A model generated the notes under the pieces. The model saw nothing but the letters and a program-made list of their open reading frames with translations, did no database searches and was not told the origin of the DNA. Shown piece after piece: positions 29,156-39,436 of a stretch of DNA of 64,000 bases (position 1 is the first letter of the stretch; each line of letters opens with the position of its first letter). Location: positions 2,656,001 to 2,720,000 of the forward strand of contig CBDCGL010000011.1 in NCBI GenBank assembly GCA_965216755.1. Reading direction: 5' to 3'. The stretch comes from Alphaproteobacteria bacterium (GTDB taxonomy: Bacteria > Pseudomonadota > Alphaproteobacteria > UBA7887). The position numbers and the translations under genes were made by a program.

Positions 29156-30557
29156 CCCTCGTCCACGCGGTGTGAAATTGCCCGGGCCGATCAATCCGAC
29201 CATAACCATGCGCACCGAAATAGTCGCGTTGGGCCTGCACCAAATTGGTCCACAGGCGCGGCTGGCGCAGCGAATCGAAATAGGCCAGTGCCGTGCTCAT
29301 GCCGGGACACGGAAGTCCCTGCGTGATCGCCACGGCGAGTACCCGCCGCAAATCGGGCACGGTGGCCGCCACGCGCTGGGCAAACCAGGGCACGGTCAAC
29401 AGACTGGAAACCACGCCGCGGTCACCGTAGGCCGCGGCGATTTCGTCCAAGTAACGGGCGCGGACGATACACCCGCCGCGCCAAATCTTGCTCACCTGGC
29501 CAAGATCCAGCTGCCAGTTATGCGACTCGGAGGCGGCGGCCATCAGAGCGAAGCCTTGGTCATAGGCGCAAAACGTCGCCATATCCAGGGCGCCTTTGAT
29601 CGCGGCGGCCAGATCCGGTGACGCGGCTGTGGCGGCGGACGCAGCGAAGCGATTCTGCACAGCGGCACGCATGGCAACTTGCCCCGACAGCGCGCGCGCA
29701 AACACCGCGGCGGCGACATTAGGCACCGGCACACCGGTTTCGAGGCCGGAAATCGAGGTCCATACTCCCGTGCCCTTGTGGCCCGCTTGATCCGCGATCA
29801 CCTCAACCAGTGGCCGGCCAGTATCCGGATCGTTGGTGGCCAGAATCGCGGCCGTAATCTCCAGCAAGTAAGAGCCGGTTTCACCCGCGGCCCAGTCCGC
29901 GAACATCCCCGCCATGGCGACATGATCGCAGTCGGCGCCATCACGCAGCAGCACGTAGGCTTCGCCGATCGCCTGCATGACCGCATATTCGATGCCGTTA
30001 TGCACCATCTTGACGAAGTGGCCAGCGCCGTCCGCACCGACATAGCCGCAACAGGGCTCTCCATCCGCCTGCGCCGCGATTGACTCCAACATCGGACCGG
30101 CCAACCGATACGCTGCCGGATCGCCGCCCGCCATGATCGCCGGACCGTGCCGCGCGCCTTCTTCGCCGCCGCTGATGCCGGCGCCCAAAAACAACAATCG
30201 GCCCTCGGCCAGCCGCGCGGCGCGCCGCTGGCTGTCCGCATAGTGGGCATTGCCGCCATCGATCACCGTGTCGCCGGGCGTCAAGAGCGGCAGCACGTCA
30301 TCGAGCTGCGCGTCCACCGGCGCACCCGCTTTGACCATCAGCAATAGCACCCGCGGCGGCCGCAACGCGGCAACGAATTCGGCGAGCGTGCGATAACCGG
30401 CCACTGGGCGATCGCCGACCGTCGCGACAAAATCGTCGGTGACCCGCGCCGTGCGGTTGAACACCGCCACGCGATAGCCGCGATCAGCCAAATTCAGTGC
30501 CAAATTTCGGCCCATCACGGCAAGCCCGATTAGACCGATGTCTGCTGGTTGCGCCAT
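29142..30557 (-). CDS. gnd: NADP-dependent 6-phosphogluconate dehydrogenase
   Basis: GLAVMGRNLALN, SGGEEGA, GHFVKMVHNGIEY, QRDYFGAH. Confidence 0.95.
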   Translation of the reverse strand: MAQPADIGLIGLAVMGRNLALNLADRGYRVAVFNRTARVTDDFVATVGDRPVAGYRTLAEFVAALRPPRVLLLMVKAGAPVDAQLDDVLPLLTPGDTVIDGGNAHYADSQRRAARLAEGRLLFLGAGISGGEEGARHGPAIMAGGDPAAYRLAGPMLESIAAQADGEPCCGYVGADGAGHFVKMVHNGIEYAVMQAIGEAYVLLRDGADCDHVAMAGMFADWAAGETGSYLLEITAAILATNDPDTGRPLVEVIADQAGHKGTGVWTSISGLETGVPVPNVAAAVFARALSGQVAMRAAVQNRFAASAATAASPDLAAAIKGALDMATFCAYDQGFALMAAASESHNWQLDLGQVSKIWRGGCIVRARYLDEIAAAYGDRGVVSSLLTVPWFAQRVAATVPDLRRVLAVAITQGLPCPGMSTALAYFDSLRQPRLWTNLVQAQRDYFGAHGYGRIDRPGQFHTAWTRDGGD

Positions 30558-30676
30558 GCGCTGCGCCCTTTTCGGCATGATAAATGGCCCCTGGGACTCG
30601 ACGGCGCCGGCGCGGACGTGATAGCGCTGCGGATCGGGGCTTATGCGCGAGTCACCGCGTAAGGGAGATCACCATC

Positions 30677-31465
30677 ATGACCCACTCATCGGCACCTGTG
30701 AATGACTACGGCTTGGATGGCAAGGTCGCCATCGTGACCGGCGCGGCCCGTGGCATCGGTCGCGCCCACGCGACGGCATTGGCGCGTGCCGGCGCGGCCG
30801 TGGTGGCATCCGATGTCTCGGACTGTTCGGAAACCGTCGGCGCGATCGAGGCGACCGGCGGCCGCGCGATCGCGGCCTTGGCCGATGTGGCAGACGGCGC
30901 CGCGGTGCAAGCCATGGCGACACAAGCCGTCGAAGCGTTTGGGCGGATTGACGTGTTGGTCAACAATGCCGCGCTTTACGGCGCCCTGCATGGCGGCCCC
31001 TTTGACCGCATCACCGAGCAAGAATGGGATGCCTGCATGGCGGTCAACGTCAAAGGCCTGTGGCAGTGCGCCAAGGCCGTGGTGCCGGCGATGCGTGAAC
31101 AAGGCGGCGGCAGCATCGTCAATATCTCGTCGCTGGCCGCAATCTATGGCATGGCCAATGGCCTACATTATGTGACATCAAAGGCGGCGGTGATTGGCAT
31201 CACCCGCGGCCTCGCCCGCGAACTCGGTCGCAATTGGATCCGGGTCAACAGTATCGCGCCAAGCGCCGTCGAAACCGAAGGCACCAGCGAGTTCTTTGGC
31301 GAAGGCGTCGACCGCGCCTACGAAGTCATCCGCAACGGTCAATCGCTCAGGCGCACCTTGGCGCCGGACGATGTTGCCGACGCCATGTTGTTCCTGGCCG
31401 GCCAAGGCAGCCGTTTCGTGACCGGCCAAACCCTGATGGTCGACGGCGGCACCGCATTTCTTTAA
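30677..31465 (+). CDS. SDR family oxidoreductase
   Basis: TGAARGIG, NNA, NISS, YVTSK, VTGQTLMVDGG. Confidence 0.9.
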   Translation: MTHSSAPVNDYGLDGKVAIVTGAARGIGRAHATALARAGAAVVASDVSDCSETVGAIEATGGRAIAALADVADGAAVQAMATQAVEAFGRIDVLVNNAALYGALHGGPFDRITEQEWDACMAVNVKGLWQCAKAVVPAMREQGGGSIVNISSLAAIYGMANGLHYVTSKAAVIGITRGLARELGRNWIRVNSIAPSAVETEGTSEFFGEGVDRAYEVIRNGQSLRRTLAPDDVADAMLFLAGQGSRFVTGQTLMVDGGTAFL

Positions 31466-31490
31466 TCAGCCTGTCTTACAGAGGAGTCTC

Positions 31491-32207
31491 ATGGCGCTTC
31501 CCGGAACCAGTGGCCGTCATCGCATCTATCTGATGCGCCATGGCGAAGTGTCCTACTTCGACGCCGACGGCAAGCCGGTGAACCCGAAAACGGTCAGCTT
31601 GACCGAGCGCGGCACCCACCAGGCGCAGGCGGCGCGCGACGCCCTCGCCGCCGTGCCATTCGATCGGGTGCTATGTTCCGGCCTGCCACGAGCCCAGCAA
31701 ACCGCTGAAATCGTTGTCGAAGGGCGCGGCCTGACGGTTGACGAAGATCCCGATCTGGGTGAGCTGCGCGGCGGCCGCTTCGCCGATATCCCGCGCGAAC
31801 GGTGGGAAGCCGAGTTTGTCTATGGCTTCGAAAACGCGACCGCCCCCGGCGCGTCATTTGCCGGCGGTGAATCCTATGCCGATTTCGAACATCGTGTGGT
31901 TGGTGGTTTGACCCGGTTTTTCGACGCGCCCGGTTGGACACGCGCCCTGATCGTCGCCCATGACGGCGTCAATCGGATGATCTTGAGCTGGGCCTGCGGC
32001 GCTGGTTTGGCCGCGCTGAGCACCTTCGAACAGGACATGGGCTGCATCAACATCATCGATGTCGACATCGCCGACGGTGCGCTCATTCGTCGCATGATCA
32101 AAGCGGTAAACTTGACCATCTACGATCCGCCGAAACAGCATCTGCCCTTGACCAGCATGGAACAGGTGTTAGCGACACTGGAACGGTATTTGGGCGCAAA
32201 GTCGTGA
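31491..32207 (+). CDS. Histidine phosphatase family protein
   Basis: LMRHGE, RAQQTA, GESY, VAHDGVNR. Confidence 0.88.
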   Translation: MALPGTSGRHRIYLMRHGEVSYFDADGKPVNPKTVSLTERGTHQAQAARDALAAVPFDRVLCSGLPRAQQTAEIVVEGRGLTVDEDPDLGELRGGRFADIPRERWEAEFVYGFENATAPGASFAGGESYADFEHRVVGGLTRFFDAPGWTRALIVAHDGVNRMILSWACGAGLAALSTFEQDMGCINIIDVDIADGALIRRMIKAVNLTIYDPPKQHLPLTSMEQVLATLERYLGAKS

Positions 32208-33208
32208 CCGCGCGCAGCGCACGGGGCACCGCCATGACGCTGCGCACCCCGGGAACACCGCTGGTGGCGGAAGCGCGTGTGTGGCCCGACCCGGGCCCTA
32301 GCCAGGTGCTGATCGAGATCGGTGCCTGTGGCGTCTGCCGCACGGACTTGCACGTGGTCGACGGCGAACTGACCAAGCCAACCCTGCCGATCGTGCCGGG
32401 CCATGAAATCGTCGGGCGGGTCGCGGCGCTGGGTCCTGGCGTCGATCGCTTTGATGTCGGCGACCGGGTCGGCGTGCCCTGGCTCGGCGAAACCTGTGGC
32501 GGGTGCCGTTACTGCCGGACCGGCCAAGAAAATCTGTGCCCGGACGCGCGCTTTACCGGCTACCACATCGACGGCGGCTACGCGCATTTCACGCTGGCGG
32601 ACCAGCGCTATTGCTTCCCAGTCACGGGCGCCTATGACGACGCCCACGCGGCACCTTTATTGTGCGCCGGCTTGATCGGCTACCGGTCGTTGCGCATGGC
32701 CGGTGATGCGCGGCGGCTTGGCATCTACGGGTTCGGCGCCGCCGCGCACATCATCGCGCAAGTCGCCGTGCATGAAGGCCGTGAGGTTTTCGCTTTCAGC
32801 CGGCCGGGCGACCAAGCCGCACAGGGGTTCGCCCACAGGTTGGGCGCAACCTGGGCCGGAGATTCGACCATGGCACCGCCGGAACCGCTGGATGCGGCGA
32901 TCCTGTACGCGCCGGTCGGCGCGTTGGTGCCCATCGCCCTGCGCGCGGTCCGTCCCGGCGGCGTGGTGGTGTGCGCCGGCATTCATATGAGCGACATCCC
33001 AAGCTTTCCGTACGAAATATTATGGGGCGAACGGCGGGTGCAGTCGGTGGCCAATTTGACCCGCGCCGACGGCGAAGGGTTTCTGGCCTTGGCGCCGCAG
33101 ATCCCGATCAAAACAACGGTGGAAACATTCCCCTTGGCCCAAGCCGACGAAGCATTGCGGCGCCTCCGCGAAGGCGAAATCCACGGCGCCGCGGTGTTGA
33201 CTCCGTAG
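32204..33208 (+). CDS. Zinc-dependent alcohol dehydrogenase family protein
   Basis: CGVCRTDLH, GHEIVG, CGGCRYC…C, PLLCAG, GFGAAAH. Confidence 0.92.
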   Translation: MTARSARGTAMTLRTPGTPLVAEARVWPDPGPSQVLIEIGACGVCRTDLHVVDGELTKPTLPIVPGHEIVGRVAALGPGVDRFDVGDRVGVPWLGETCGGCRYCRTGQENLCPDARFTGYHIDGGYAHFTLADQRYCFPVTGAYDDAHAAPLLCAGLIGYRSLRMAGDARRLGIYGFGAAAHIIAQVAVHEGREVFAFSRPGDQAAQGFAHRLGATWAGDSTMAPPEPLDAAILYAPVGALVPIALRAVRPGGVVVCAGIHMSDIPSFPYEILWGERRVQSVANLTRADGEGFLALAPQIPIKTTVETFPLAQADEALRRLREGEIHGAAVLTP

Positions 33209-33224
33209 CGGTCCGAATGCGAGT

Positions 33225-34367
33225 TCAGGGCCGGGCGGCCACCGCGGCCGCGGCTGTGGCCGGCCCACGCATGCGCGCGCGGACCCAATCCCGCGCCGGC
33301 TTTTCGACAAACCGAAATGTCAGGATCGAGGTCACGATGGTTGCCAACACGGCCCCGACGAGCATCGCGCCGCCCCACAGATAGCTGCCTTGCAGGCCGC
33401 CGGGCGCGCGCAAATAGACATTGTAGACAACGATATAGACGATCACGTGCACCATGTAGACCGAGTAAGAGATCTTGCCGAGAAACGTGAAGGCCCTGTG
33501 TTCCAACAGGCGGTTCAAACTGGTGCCCTCATAGGCCAGAAACAGGATCAAGGGTGGAAAGGTCGAGACGATCAGAAAATCCGGCCAGTCGAGCGCCATG
33601 CCGGTCAAGCTCCACAGCGCCGCCGCCCAGACAATCAGCGCCCGTGCCCGTATATCCAGATCGCGCAACAGGCCGCGGTCGTAAGCAAGATACAAAACCC
33701 CGCCCAGGACGAACGACACCAGACCGCGCAGAACACCGTAGTCGTAGGTGATGTTGAGTTGCTGGGGCGGCACGATGGCCGCCAGCAGCCAATAGGCGCC
33801 CGGCACGACGATCACGAACAGCAGCACCATCGCGGCCCGGTTCAACTGCAAACGCGCGAACAACAACGCGGCAATCAGCGGATAGGCCAGATAGCACGCC
33901 CACTCGACACTGATCGACCAAGACGGGTGATTCCAGCTCAAATGATCATGGACCGCCCAAGCATGGACGAGAAATACATTTGTGATAAACGCGGCGATGG
34001 TGTTGTGGCCTTCGAACGGCACGCCCAACACGGGCAGCGGATATTTAAGCAGCTCTTTGAAAAGAAACAGCAACAGCACAAACATATGGAGCGGCCACAC
34101 CCGCGCCAGCCGCAGAATCATGAAATTCACAATGTTCGATCGCCGAAAGGCACGTTGGCGATCGAAAAACTCCGTATGAGAATAAGTGATAACAAAACCA
34201 CTCAACACGAAGAATAAATCAACCCAAAGATAGCCTTTCTCAAACAAAAACGTGTAATCGCTTAGGCGAATTGGCGCGAACTCGTCCTGATAATGGTAAA
34301 AAACAACAAGAAGTGCGGCGATACCCCGGATCGACGTCAAGGCCTCCAGATTTTTTCTTTTGGTCAT
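33225..34367 (-). CDS. Acyltransferase family 3 (OafA-like) membrane protein
   Basis: LTSIRGIAALLVVFYH, VDLFFVLSGF, SWSISVEW, LGKISYSVYMVH, FVEKP. Confidence 0.9.
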   Translation of the reverse strand: MTKRKNLEALTSIRGIAALLVVFYHYQDEFAPIRLSDYTFLFEKGYLWVDLFFVLSGFVITYSHTEFFDRQRAFRRSNIVNFMILRLARVWPLHMFVLLLFLFKELLKYPLPVLGVPFEGHNTIAAFITNVFLVHAWAVHDHLSWNHPSWSISVEWACYLAYPLIAALLFARLQLNRAAMVLLFVIVVPGAYWLLAAIVPPQQLNITYDYGVLRGLVSFVLGGVLYLAYDRGLLRDLDIRARALIVWAAALWSLTGMALDWPDFLIVSTFPPLILFLAYEGTSLNRLLEHRAFTFLGKISYSVYMVHVIVYIVVYNVYLRAPGGLQGSYLWGGAMLVGAVLATIVTSILTFRFVEKPARDWVRARMRGPATAAAAVAARP

Positions 34368-34573
34368 CGCGTCGTATCCAATGGTTTCTCGCGTCGATGT
34401 TGCCGTGTGAACCCGCGGCCGATCCGCCCGGCCAAATCGTGGACATTGGCGGCCGCGCCAAAAAGACATCGCCCGGAACCGTTTCGATGCCACAATAATG
34501 CACGGTTTGGCTGGTTATATGTGAAAACGGTTATGTAATCGTTTGCTTGTCGCAGATGGTGACGAATTTGAGA

Positions 34574-36061
34574 ATGATTGAGCACACGACCCGCCCTTGG
34601 GGTATCGACAAAGCGCGTGAACGGTCTTGTTGGGGCTTCTCGGCGGCCATGCTGGTCGCGCTCTGGCCGGCCCTAGTGTGGCCGATGGCGGCGGCCGATG
34701 CGGCGACATACTATGTGGCACCGTCGGGTGAGGATTCGGCGGCCGGTACGGCACTCTCCACGCCGTGGCGTTCGCTCAAGAAGATCCGAAACTTCCCGTT
34801 TCAGCCTGGCGACCAGGTCTTGTTTCAACGTGGCGCCACCTGGCAAGGCGTCCTGATTGTCCAAAGATCCGGCGCCGCGGGCGCGCCGATTGCCTATGGC
34901 GCGTTTGGCGACGGCGCGGCACCGATCATTCATGGCACGAAAGACCACGCCGCGCGCATCCTCAAGACCGCCCATATCGAGATCCGCGATTTGCATTTTA
35001 CCGGCGCCGCGCGAATCGCGGTTCAGGTGCGCGGCGCGCGACATCTGCTGATCGAGAACTGCACCATAGGGCCGACGCCCGGCTATGGCATTCGTGTCAC
35101 CAGCGCCGGTGACAGAATATCAAGCGATGGCGTGATTCGCGGCTGCCACATCGATTCCGGACGACGCGCGTTCGAGGGCCGCAAGGGCGGTCCCGACGGC
35201 ATCGTTCTTTATGATGGGGTCGAGAATTTCCGGGTCGCGGGCAACACAATCCGGGCTTTTCCGCATACCGGGATTGCCGTGCAAGTGATTCATCAAGACA
35301 AGCCGGTGGCATTTAACGAAGTATACGACAACATTATTGTCGGCTCAGATATGGACTACATGCGCGGATTCAGTGTCATCGGAAAAGACAATCTTGTTCA
35401 CGACAATATTGTTTATAATAACAAAATAAAAGATATGACGCAACCAAGCCATGTAGGCGGAAACAATAACCAAGTATATTACAATATATTCGATTCGATG
35501 AGAGATTACGGACATACGGCAAATTCCGGCGTTGCCGTAGACTTAGGGTCTTTTGATGGCGGGCGGTTCGGCGGCGTGATGGCCTGCCGCGACAACTTGG
35601 TCTACAATAACGTATTCTATAATATCCCCAATGAAGGGATAAAAATGGTCGGCGCGGTTGAGACAGACGCGCAAATTACCGGCAATCGAATATTTAACAA
35701 TATCCTTTTGCAGACTGGCGGGTTGGCGGTGCTGCGCTATCCATCGGCCGGGAACAGCTATCAGGCCAATGTCGTGTTTCCACCCGGCGGGTTCCGCCAT
35801 CGCAGCGGGCCATTGGGCGCGTCCGAATTCAACCAACGCAATGGCGCCCAAGGGGATCTCATGGCCGACAATATGGACGCCGATCCCCAGCTGACGGCGC
35901 CGGAGTCGGGCGACTTTCGACCACGGGCCGACTCGCCCGCAATCGATGCCGGCATACCCCATGCCGTAACAACCGACCATGGCGGTGGTGCCGTGCCCCA
36001 CGGTCAGGGCGTCGATGCCGGCGCTTTCGAATTCGCGGGTGATGCGTCGCCCGGCCCGTGA
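34574..36061 (+). CDS. Secreted right-handed parallel beta-helix protein (polysaccharide lyase-like)
   Basis: ATYYVAPSG…PW…PGDQVLFQRG, Asn-ladder repeats (VYNN, IFNN), C-terminal DPQL…DSPAIDAG…DAGAFE; start could be 34574 or 34649. Confidence 0.8.
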   Translation: MIEHTTRPWGIDKARERSCWGFSAAMLVALWPALVWPMAAADAATYYVAPSGEDSAAGTALSTPWRSLKKIRNFPFQPGDQVLFQRGATWQGVLIVQRSGAAGAPIAYGAFGDGAAPIIHGTKDHAARILKTAHIEIRDLHFTGAARIAVQVRGARHLLIENCTIGPTPGYGIRVTSAGDRISSDGVIRGCHIDSGRRAFEGRKGGPDGIVLYDGVENFRVAGNTIRAFPHTGIAVQVIHQDKPVAFNEVYDNIIVGSDMDYMRGFSVIGKDNLVHDNIVYNNKIKDMTQPSHVGGNNNQVYYNIFDSMRDYGHTANSGVAVDLGSFDGGRFGGVMACRDNLVYNNVFYNIPNEGIKMVGAVETDAQITGNRIFNNILLQTGGLAVLRYPSAGNSYQANVVFPPGGFRHRSGPLGASEFNQRNGAQGDLMADNMDADPQLTAPESGDFRPRADSPAIDAGIPHAVTTDHGGGAVPHGQGVDAGAFEFAGDASPGP

Positions 36062-36313
36062 CGCAGCCGGCCCAGCACGCGAATCACCCCTTTGGGGGCA
36101 ACGACCAAGGACCCGTCAACAGCCGATCTAAGGTTGTGCGCCGGCAGGCGCTTCGGGCCCGCGCTTGATCTGCATATGCACCAAAGGTTAACGGTTGCGG
36201 CCTTTTATATGTCAACGTCGCGGTGTCTTTTCGGCGCGGTCATGGCAACCGCGCCCGCAGGCGGCCTGGGGCAACCAGCGTTTTCATAGTTCAGGGCATC
36301 AACGAGAACCTTA

Positions 36314-37531
36314 ATGTTCAGGAAGTTCCTAGCAAATACGGCATTGCTTGCGGTGTCTCTGATTTTGTCCGGCGCTGTTTTGGTGGCTGCCGGCGAGATC
36401 TATATGCGGGCCACCTACGGCGCGCTGGAACCGGGCCCGGGGAAAAACATGTACCGGTTCCATGATCAGCGCGGATGGGCGCTGGTGCCGGGCGATTATG
36501 AATATCTGGAAATCAAGTCCTTTCAACGGGTGCGGGCCACCGTCAACGACCTTGGCGTGCGCAGTCCGGCCGTGTCGTTGGACGTACCGCCGGGAAAGAC
36601 CCGGGTCACCGTGATCGGTGACTCATTTGTATTCTCCAATCCCTTGACCGACGGCAAGCGGTTCACGGAGTCTCTCGACCAGCTTGCAGGCGACGATGTC
36701 GAAATCGTCAATGTCGGCGTGCCCGGCTATGGCACAGGCCAACAGATTCTGTTGTTGGATGAGATGGTCGCCCAGGGCTACGATCCCGGGAAGCTGGTTA
36801 TCCATATTCTGTTTACCAATGATTCCAGTGACAATTTTGGCTTCGATTACGGCACGCTCAAACGTCTGCCGCACAAGCCCCGGTTCTGGATCGACGACAG
36901 CGGCGCCCTGGCGTCGGAGCCGCCGGTCAAGCCCGAGGGCGCCGGCCGCCGCCGCGGTTGGCTGGATTCGTCGCTATTCGTTGCCTTCGTCAAATCGCGT
37001 GCAACGTCGCTTATGGCCGCCCAGCCGGCGCTCCTCGACACATTGTCAAACCTTGGTTTGATGCCCGCTTTACCACGCGTGCCGGGCATTGTCGCCGGAT
37101 GGTATGGCGAACAGTGGCGCGAGATGTGGGATGTGAATGCGGATATCCTCGGCTATATGGCCAACCGGGTGCGCGGCTATGGCGACACCGAATTCGCGAT
37201 CGCCTATATGCCATCGCCGCTGCAAGTGCGCCCCACCTTTCGCAGCATGCTGGAAGATGCCAGTCAGTCAGACGCCCGCTTTGCCGCCTTCCTGGCGGAA
37301 ATTGACCGCCCGCAACGCATGCTCGCCGATTATTGCACGGCCACTGACATCGCCTGTTATGACGCCACGGCGACATTGCAAAACGCCGGGACTGACGAGC
37401 TTCTGTATTTCCCCACCGAAGGTCATTTGACCGAGGCCGGTTCGGCCCTCTACGCGCAATTCCTCTTTGACCAGATCTTGGCGCCGATCCTCAACGATGT
37501 CGCCGCCAGCCATATTACGGTGTTACGGTGA
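36314..37531 (+). CDS. SGNH/GDSL hydrolase (AlgX/AlgJ-like) with N-terminal membrane anchor
   Basis: IGDSF, NVGVPGYGT, ND, EGHL. Confidence 0.8.
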   Translation: MFRKFLANTALLAVSLILSGAVLVAAGEIYMRATYGALEPGPGKNMYRFHDQRGWALVPGDYEYLEIKSFQRVRATVNDLGVRSPAVSLDVPPGKTRVTVIGDSFVFSNPLTDGKRFTESLDQLAGDDVEIVNVGVPGYGTGQQILLLDEMVAQGYDPGKLVIHILFTNDSSDNFGFDYGTLKRLPHKPRFWIDDSGALASEPPVKPEGAGRRRGWLDSSLFVAFVKSRATSLMAAQPALLDTLSNLGLMPALPRVPGIVAGWYGEQWREMWDVNADILGYMANRVRGYGDTEFAIAYMPSPLQVRPTFRSMLEDASQSDARFAAFLAEIDRPQRMLADYCTATDIACYDATATLQNAGTDELLYFPTEGHLTEAGSALYAQFLFDQILAPILNDVAASHITVLR

Positions 37532-37624
37532 CAGTTTACTAAATACGCTGTATTTTGTATGCTTATTTTTCTCCGTACCACATCTGGTGTATTTAGTAAA
37601 CTGTCACCGTAATACACCGTAATA
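37513..37624. repeat. REP/REPIN-like palindromic element
   Basis: Perfect 24-bp inverted repeat 37523-37546 / 37589-37612, outer 10-bp IR TATTACGGTG / CACCGTAATA, 42-bp AT-rich spacer. Confidence 0.8.
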
Positions 37625-37636
37625 CGTACAATCTAC

Positions 37637-38212
37637 CTATCCGTCGGCGATGGCGAAGTCGCGCGCGGTCAGGATCGGGATCAGTCGAATACCGGCCTCG
37701 GCCAAATTCGCTTCCGCGCCCTCAAGCCGGTCGACGACGGTGATGGCGGTATCCACATGGCAACCATGTTCGCGCACGGCCTGCGCCGCCTTGAGCGTCG
37801 AACCCCCGGTGGTGGTGACATCTTCGATCAGCACCACCCGCGCGCCGTGCGACGGTTCCGGCTCAATCCGTTTTCGACTGCCGTGGGCCTTGGCTTCCTT
37901 GCGTACAAAGAACGACGGGACCGGCCGGCCGATTTGGGCACTGCGCAGCGCCACGCACGCGACAATGGGCACCGCGCCCAGTTCCATCCCGCCGATCCAG
38001 TCCACACCCTTGTCCGGCAGGGCGGCCAGAATCGCGTCGGCGATCAGTAGGGCGCCGACGGGATCGAAGGCGGTATGTTTCATGTTGAAATAAAACTGAC
38101 TGCTGGCGCCCGACGTCAACGTCACCGCCTGCCCCACTGTCAGTGATTTTTCCGCGATGATCGCGCGCAATCGCGCTATCTCGACCGCGGCCTCCGAAAC
38201 CATCCCTGGCAT
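37637..38212 (-). CDS. pyrE: Orotate phosphoribosyltransferase
   Basis: TLTSG.SSQFYFN, GGMELGAVP, FVRKEAKAHG, IEDVTTTGGS, VVDRLEG. Confidence 0.92.
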   Translation of the reverse strand: MPGMVSEAAVEIARLRAIIAEKSLTVGQAVTLTSGASSQFYFNMKHTAFDPVGALLIADAILAALPDKGVDWIGGMELGAVPIVACVALRSAQIGRPVPSFFVRKEAKAHGSRKRIEPEPSHGARVVLIEDVTTTGGSTLKAAQAVREHGCHVDTAITVVDRLEGAEANLAEAGIRLIPILTARDFAIADG

Positions 38213-38219
38213 TGCCCCC

Positions 38220-39338
38220 CTATGCTTCGCCCCAAACCGCATCCGCGACCCGCACGACCAGGTCAAGCTTGCGGCGCTGATCATCGTCGGAAATCACATT
38301 GCCGCCGGCGACACTGGCGAAACCGCACTGTGGGCTCAGGCACAATCGCTCGATCGGCACATGGCGGCTGGCTTCATCAATGCGACGGCGTAAGTCGTCC
38401 GGCGCTTCACGTTCCGGCGTTTTGGTGCTGATCAAACCCAACACCACGGTCTTGCCGGACGCGATATGGTCAAGCGGCGAAAAGTCGCCGGCGCGCGGGC
38501 TGTCATATTCGAGAAAAAACGCGTCGACGTCCAAGTCGCCGAACAGACGCGGCGCGACCGGCCCGTAGCCCCCAGCCGCCAGCCAGCGCGAACGAAAATT
38601 GCCCCGGCACAGATGAATGCCGACGGTCAACCCCGTCGGGCGCCCCGCCAGCGTTTGATTGATGACATCGACATACGTGTCGATCAACTGGTCGGGGTCG
38701 AAACCCATCTGGCGAACCTGGTCCTGGATGGCCGGATCGCACAACATCGCCAACGGCACTTCGTCGAGTTGGATGTAGGTCGCGCCGAGATCTGCCAGCG
38801 CCGCCAGCTCTTGTTGATAGACGGCGATCAAGTCCTGCCAATAGGACTCTTCGTCAGGATAGACATGGGGCGCGGCGTGGCGGCCGAGGGCGAAAAAATG
38901 AAACGCGCTCGGCGTCGGCATGGTCACCTTCGGCGTGTCGGTGGTCTCGCGCCGAATCGATTCAAATTCGCCCGTGGTGATACCACCGCTGCGCCGAATA
39001 GGACCGGCGGCAAAACACGTCGGCCAGGTATAGCGCGCGCCCGTGCCATCGCGAAACGCGAACGGCGCCTCGGTCATGCCGAACCCAGCCAGCGTTTCAA
39101 AAAATGCCGAAAACCATGACGCCCGACGGAACTCGCCATCGGTAATGGACCGCAGCCCGATCGCCTCTTGCAAACGGATGGCGTCGACCACCGCGTGATC
39201 GAGAACGGCGCCATACGTGGCCCGGTCGATCGCACCGTCGGCCAAGGCCTTGTGGGCATCTTTCAGGGCCCGCGGCCGCAGCAAACTGCCGATATGTTCG
39301 GCGCGAAATGGCGGACCTTTGGCGGACGCGTCAGACAT
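38220..39338 (-). CDS. Cobalamin-independent methionine synthase II family protein (MetE C-terminal-domain-like)
   Basis: PFRAEHIGSLLRP, TDGEFRR, IQLDE, HLCRGN, FLEYD, LSPQCGF. Confidence 0.88.
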   Translation of the reverse strand: MSDASAKGPPFRAEHIGSLLRPRALKDAHKALADGAIDRATYGAVLDHAVVDAIRLQEAIGLRSITDGEFRRASWFSAFFETLAGFGMTEAPFAFRDGTGARYTWPTCFAAGPIRRSGGITTGEFESIRRETTDTPKVTMPTPSAFHFFALGRHAAPHVYPDEESYWQDLIAVYQQELAALADLGATYIQLDEVPLAMLCDPAIQDQVRQMGFDPDQLIDTYVDVINQTLAGRPTGLTVGIHLCRGNFRSRWLAAGGYGPVAPRLFGDLDVDAFFLEYDSPRAGDFSPLDHIASGKTVVLGLISTKTPEREAPDDLRRRIDEASRHVPIERLCLSPQCGFASVAGGNVISDDDQRRKLDLVVRVADAVWGEA

Positions 39339-39436
39339 GAGCCACGCTAACATGTTCATCGATCGCCGCCCAGCCGCTTGACGGGGCTCGTCACAGCCGG
39401 CACGGTGACGCGAAGCGAGGTTATCAGGAGGGGCCC

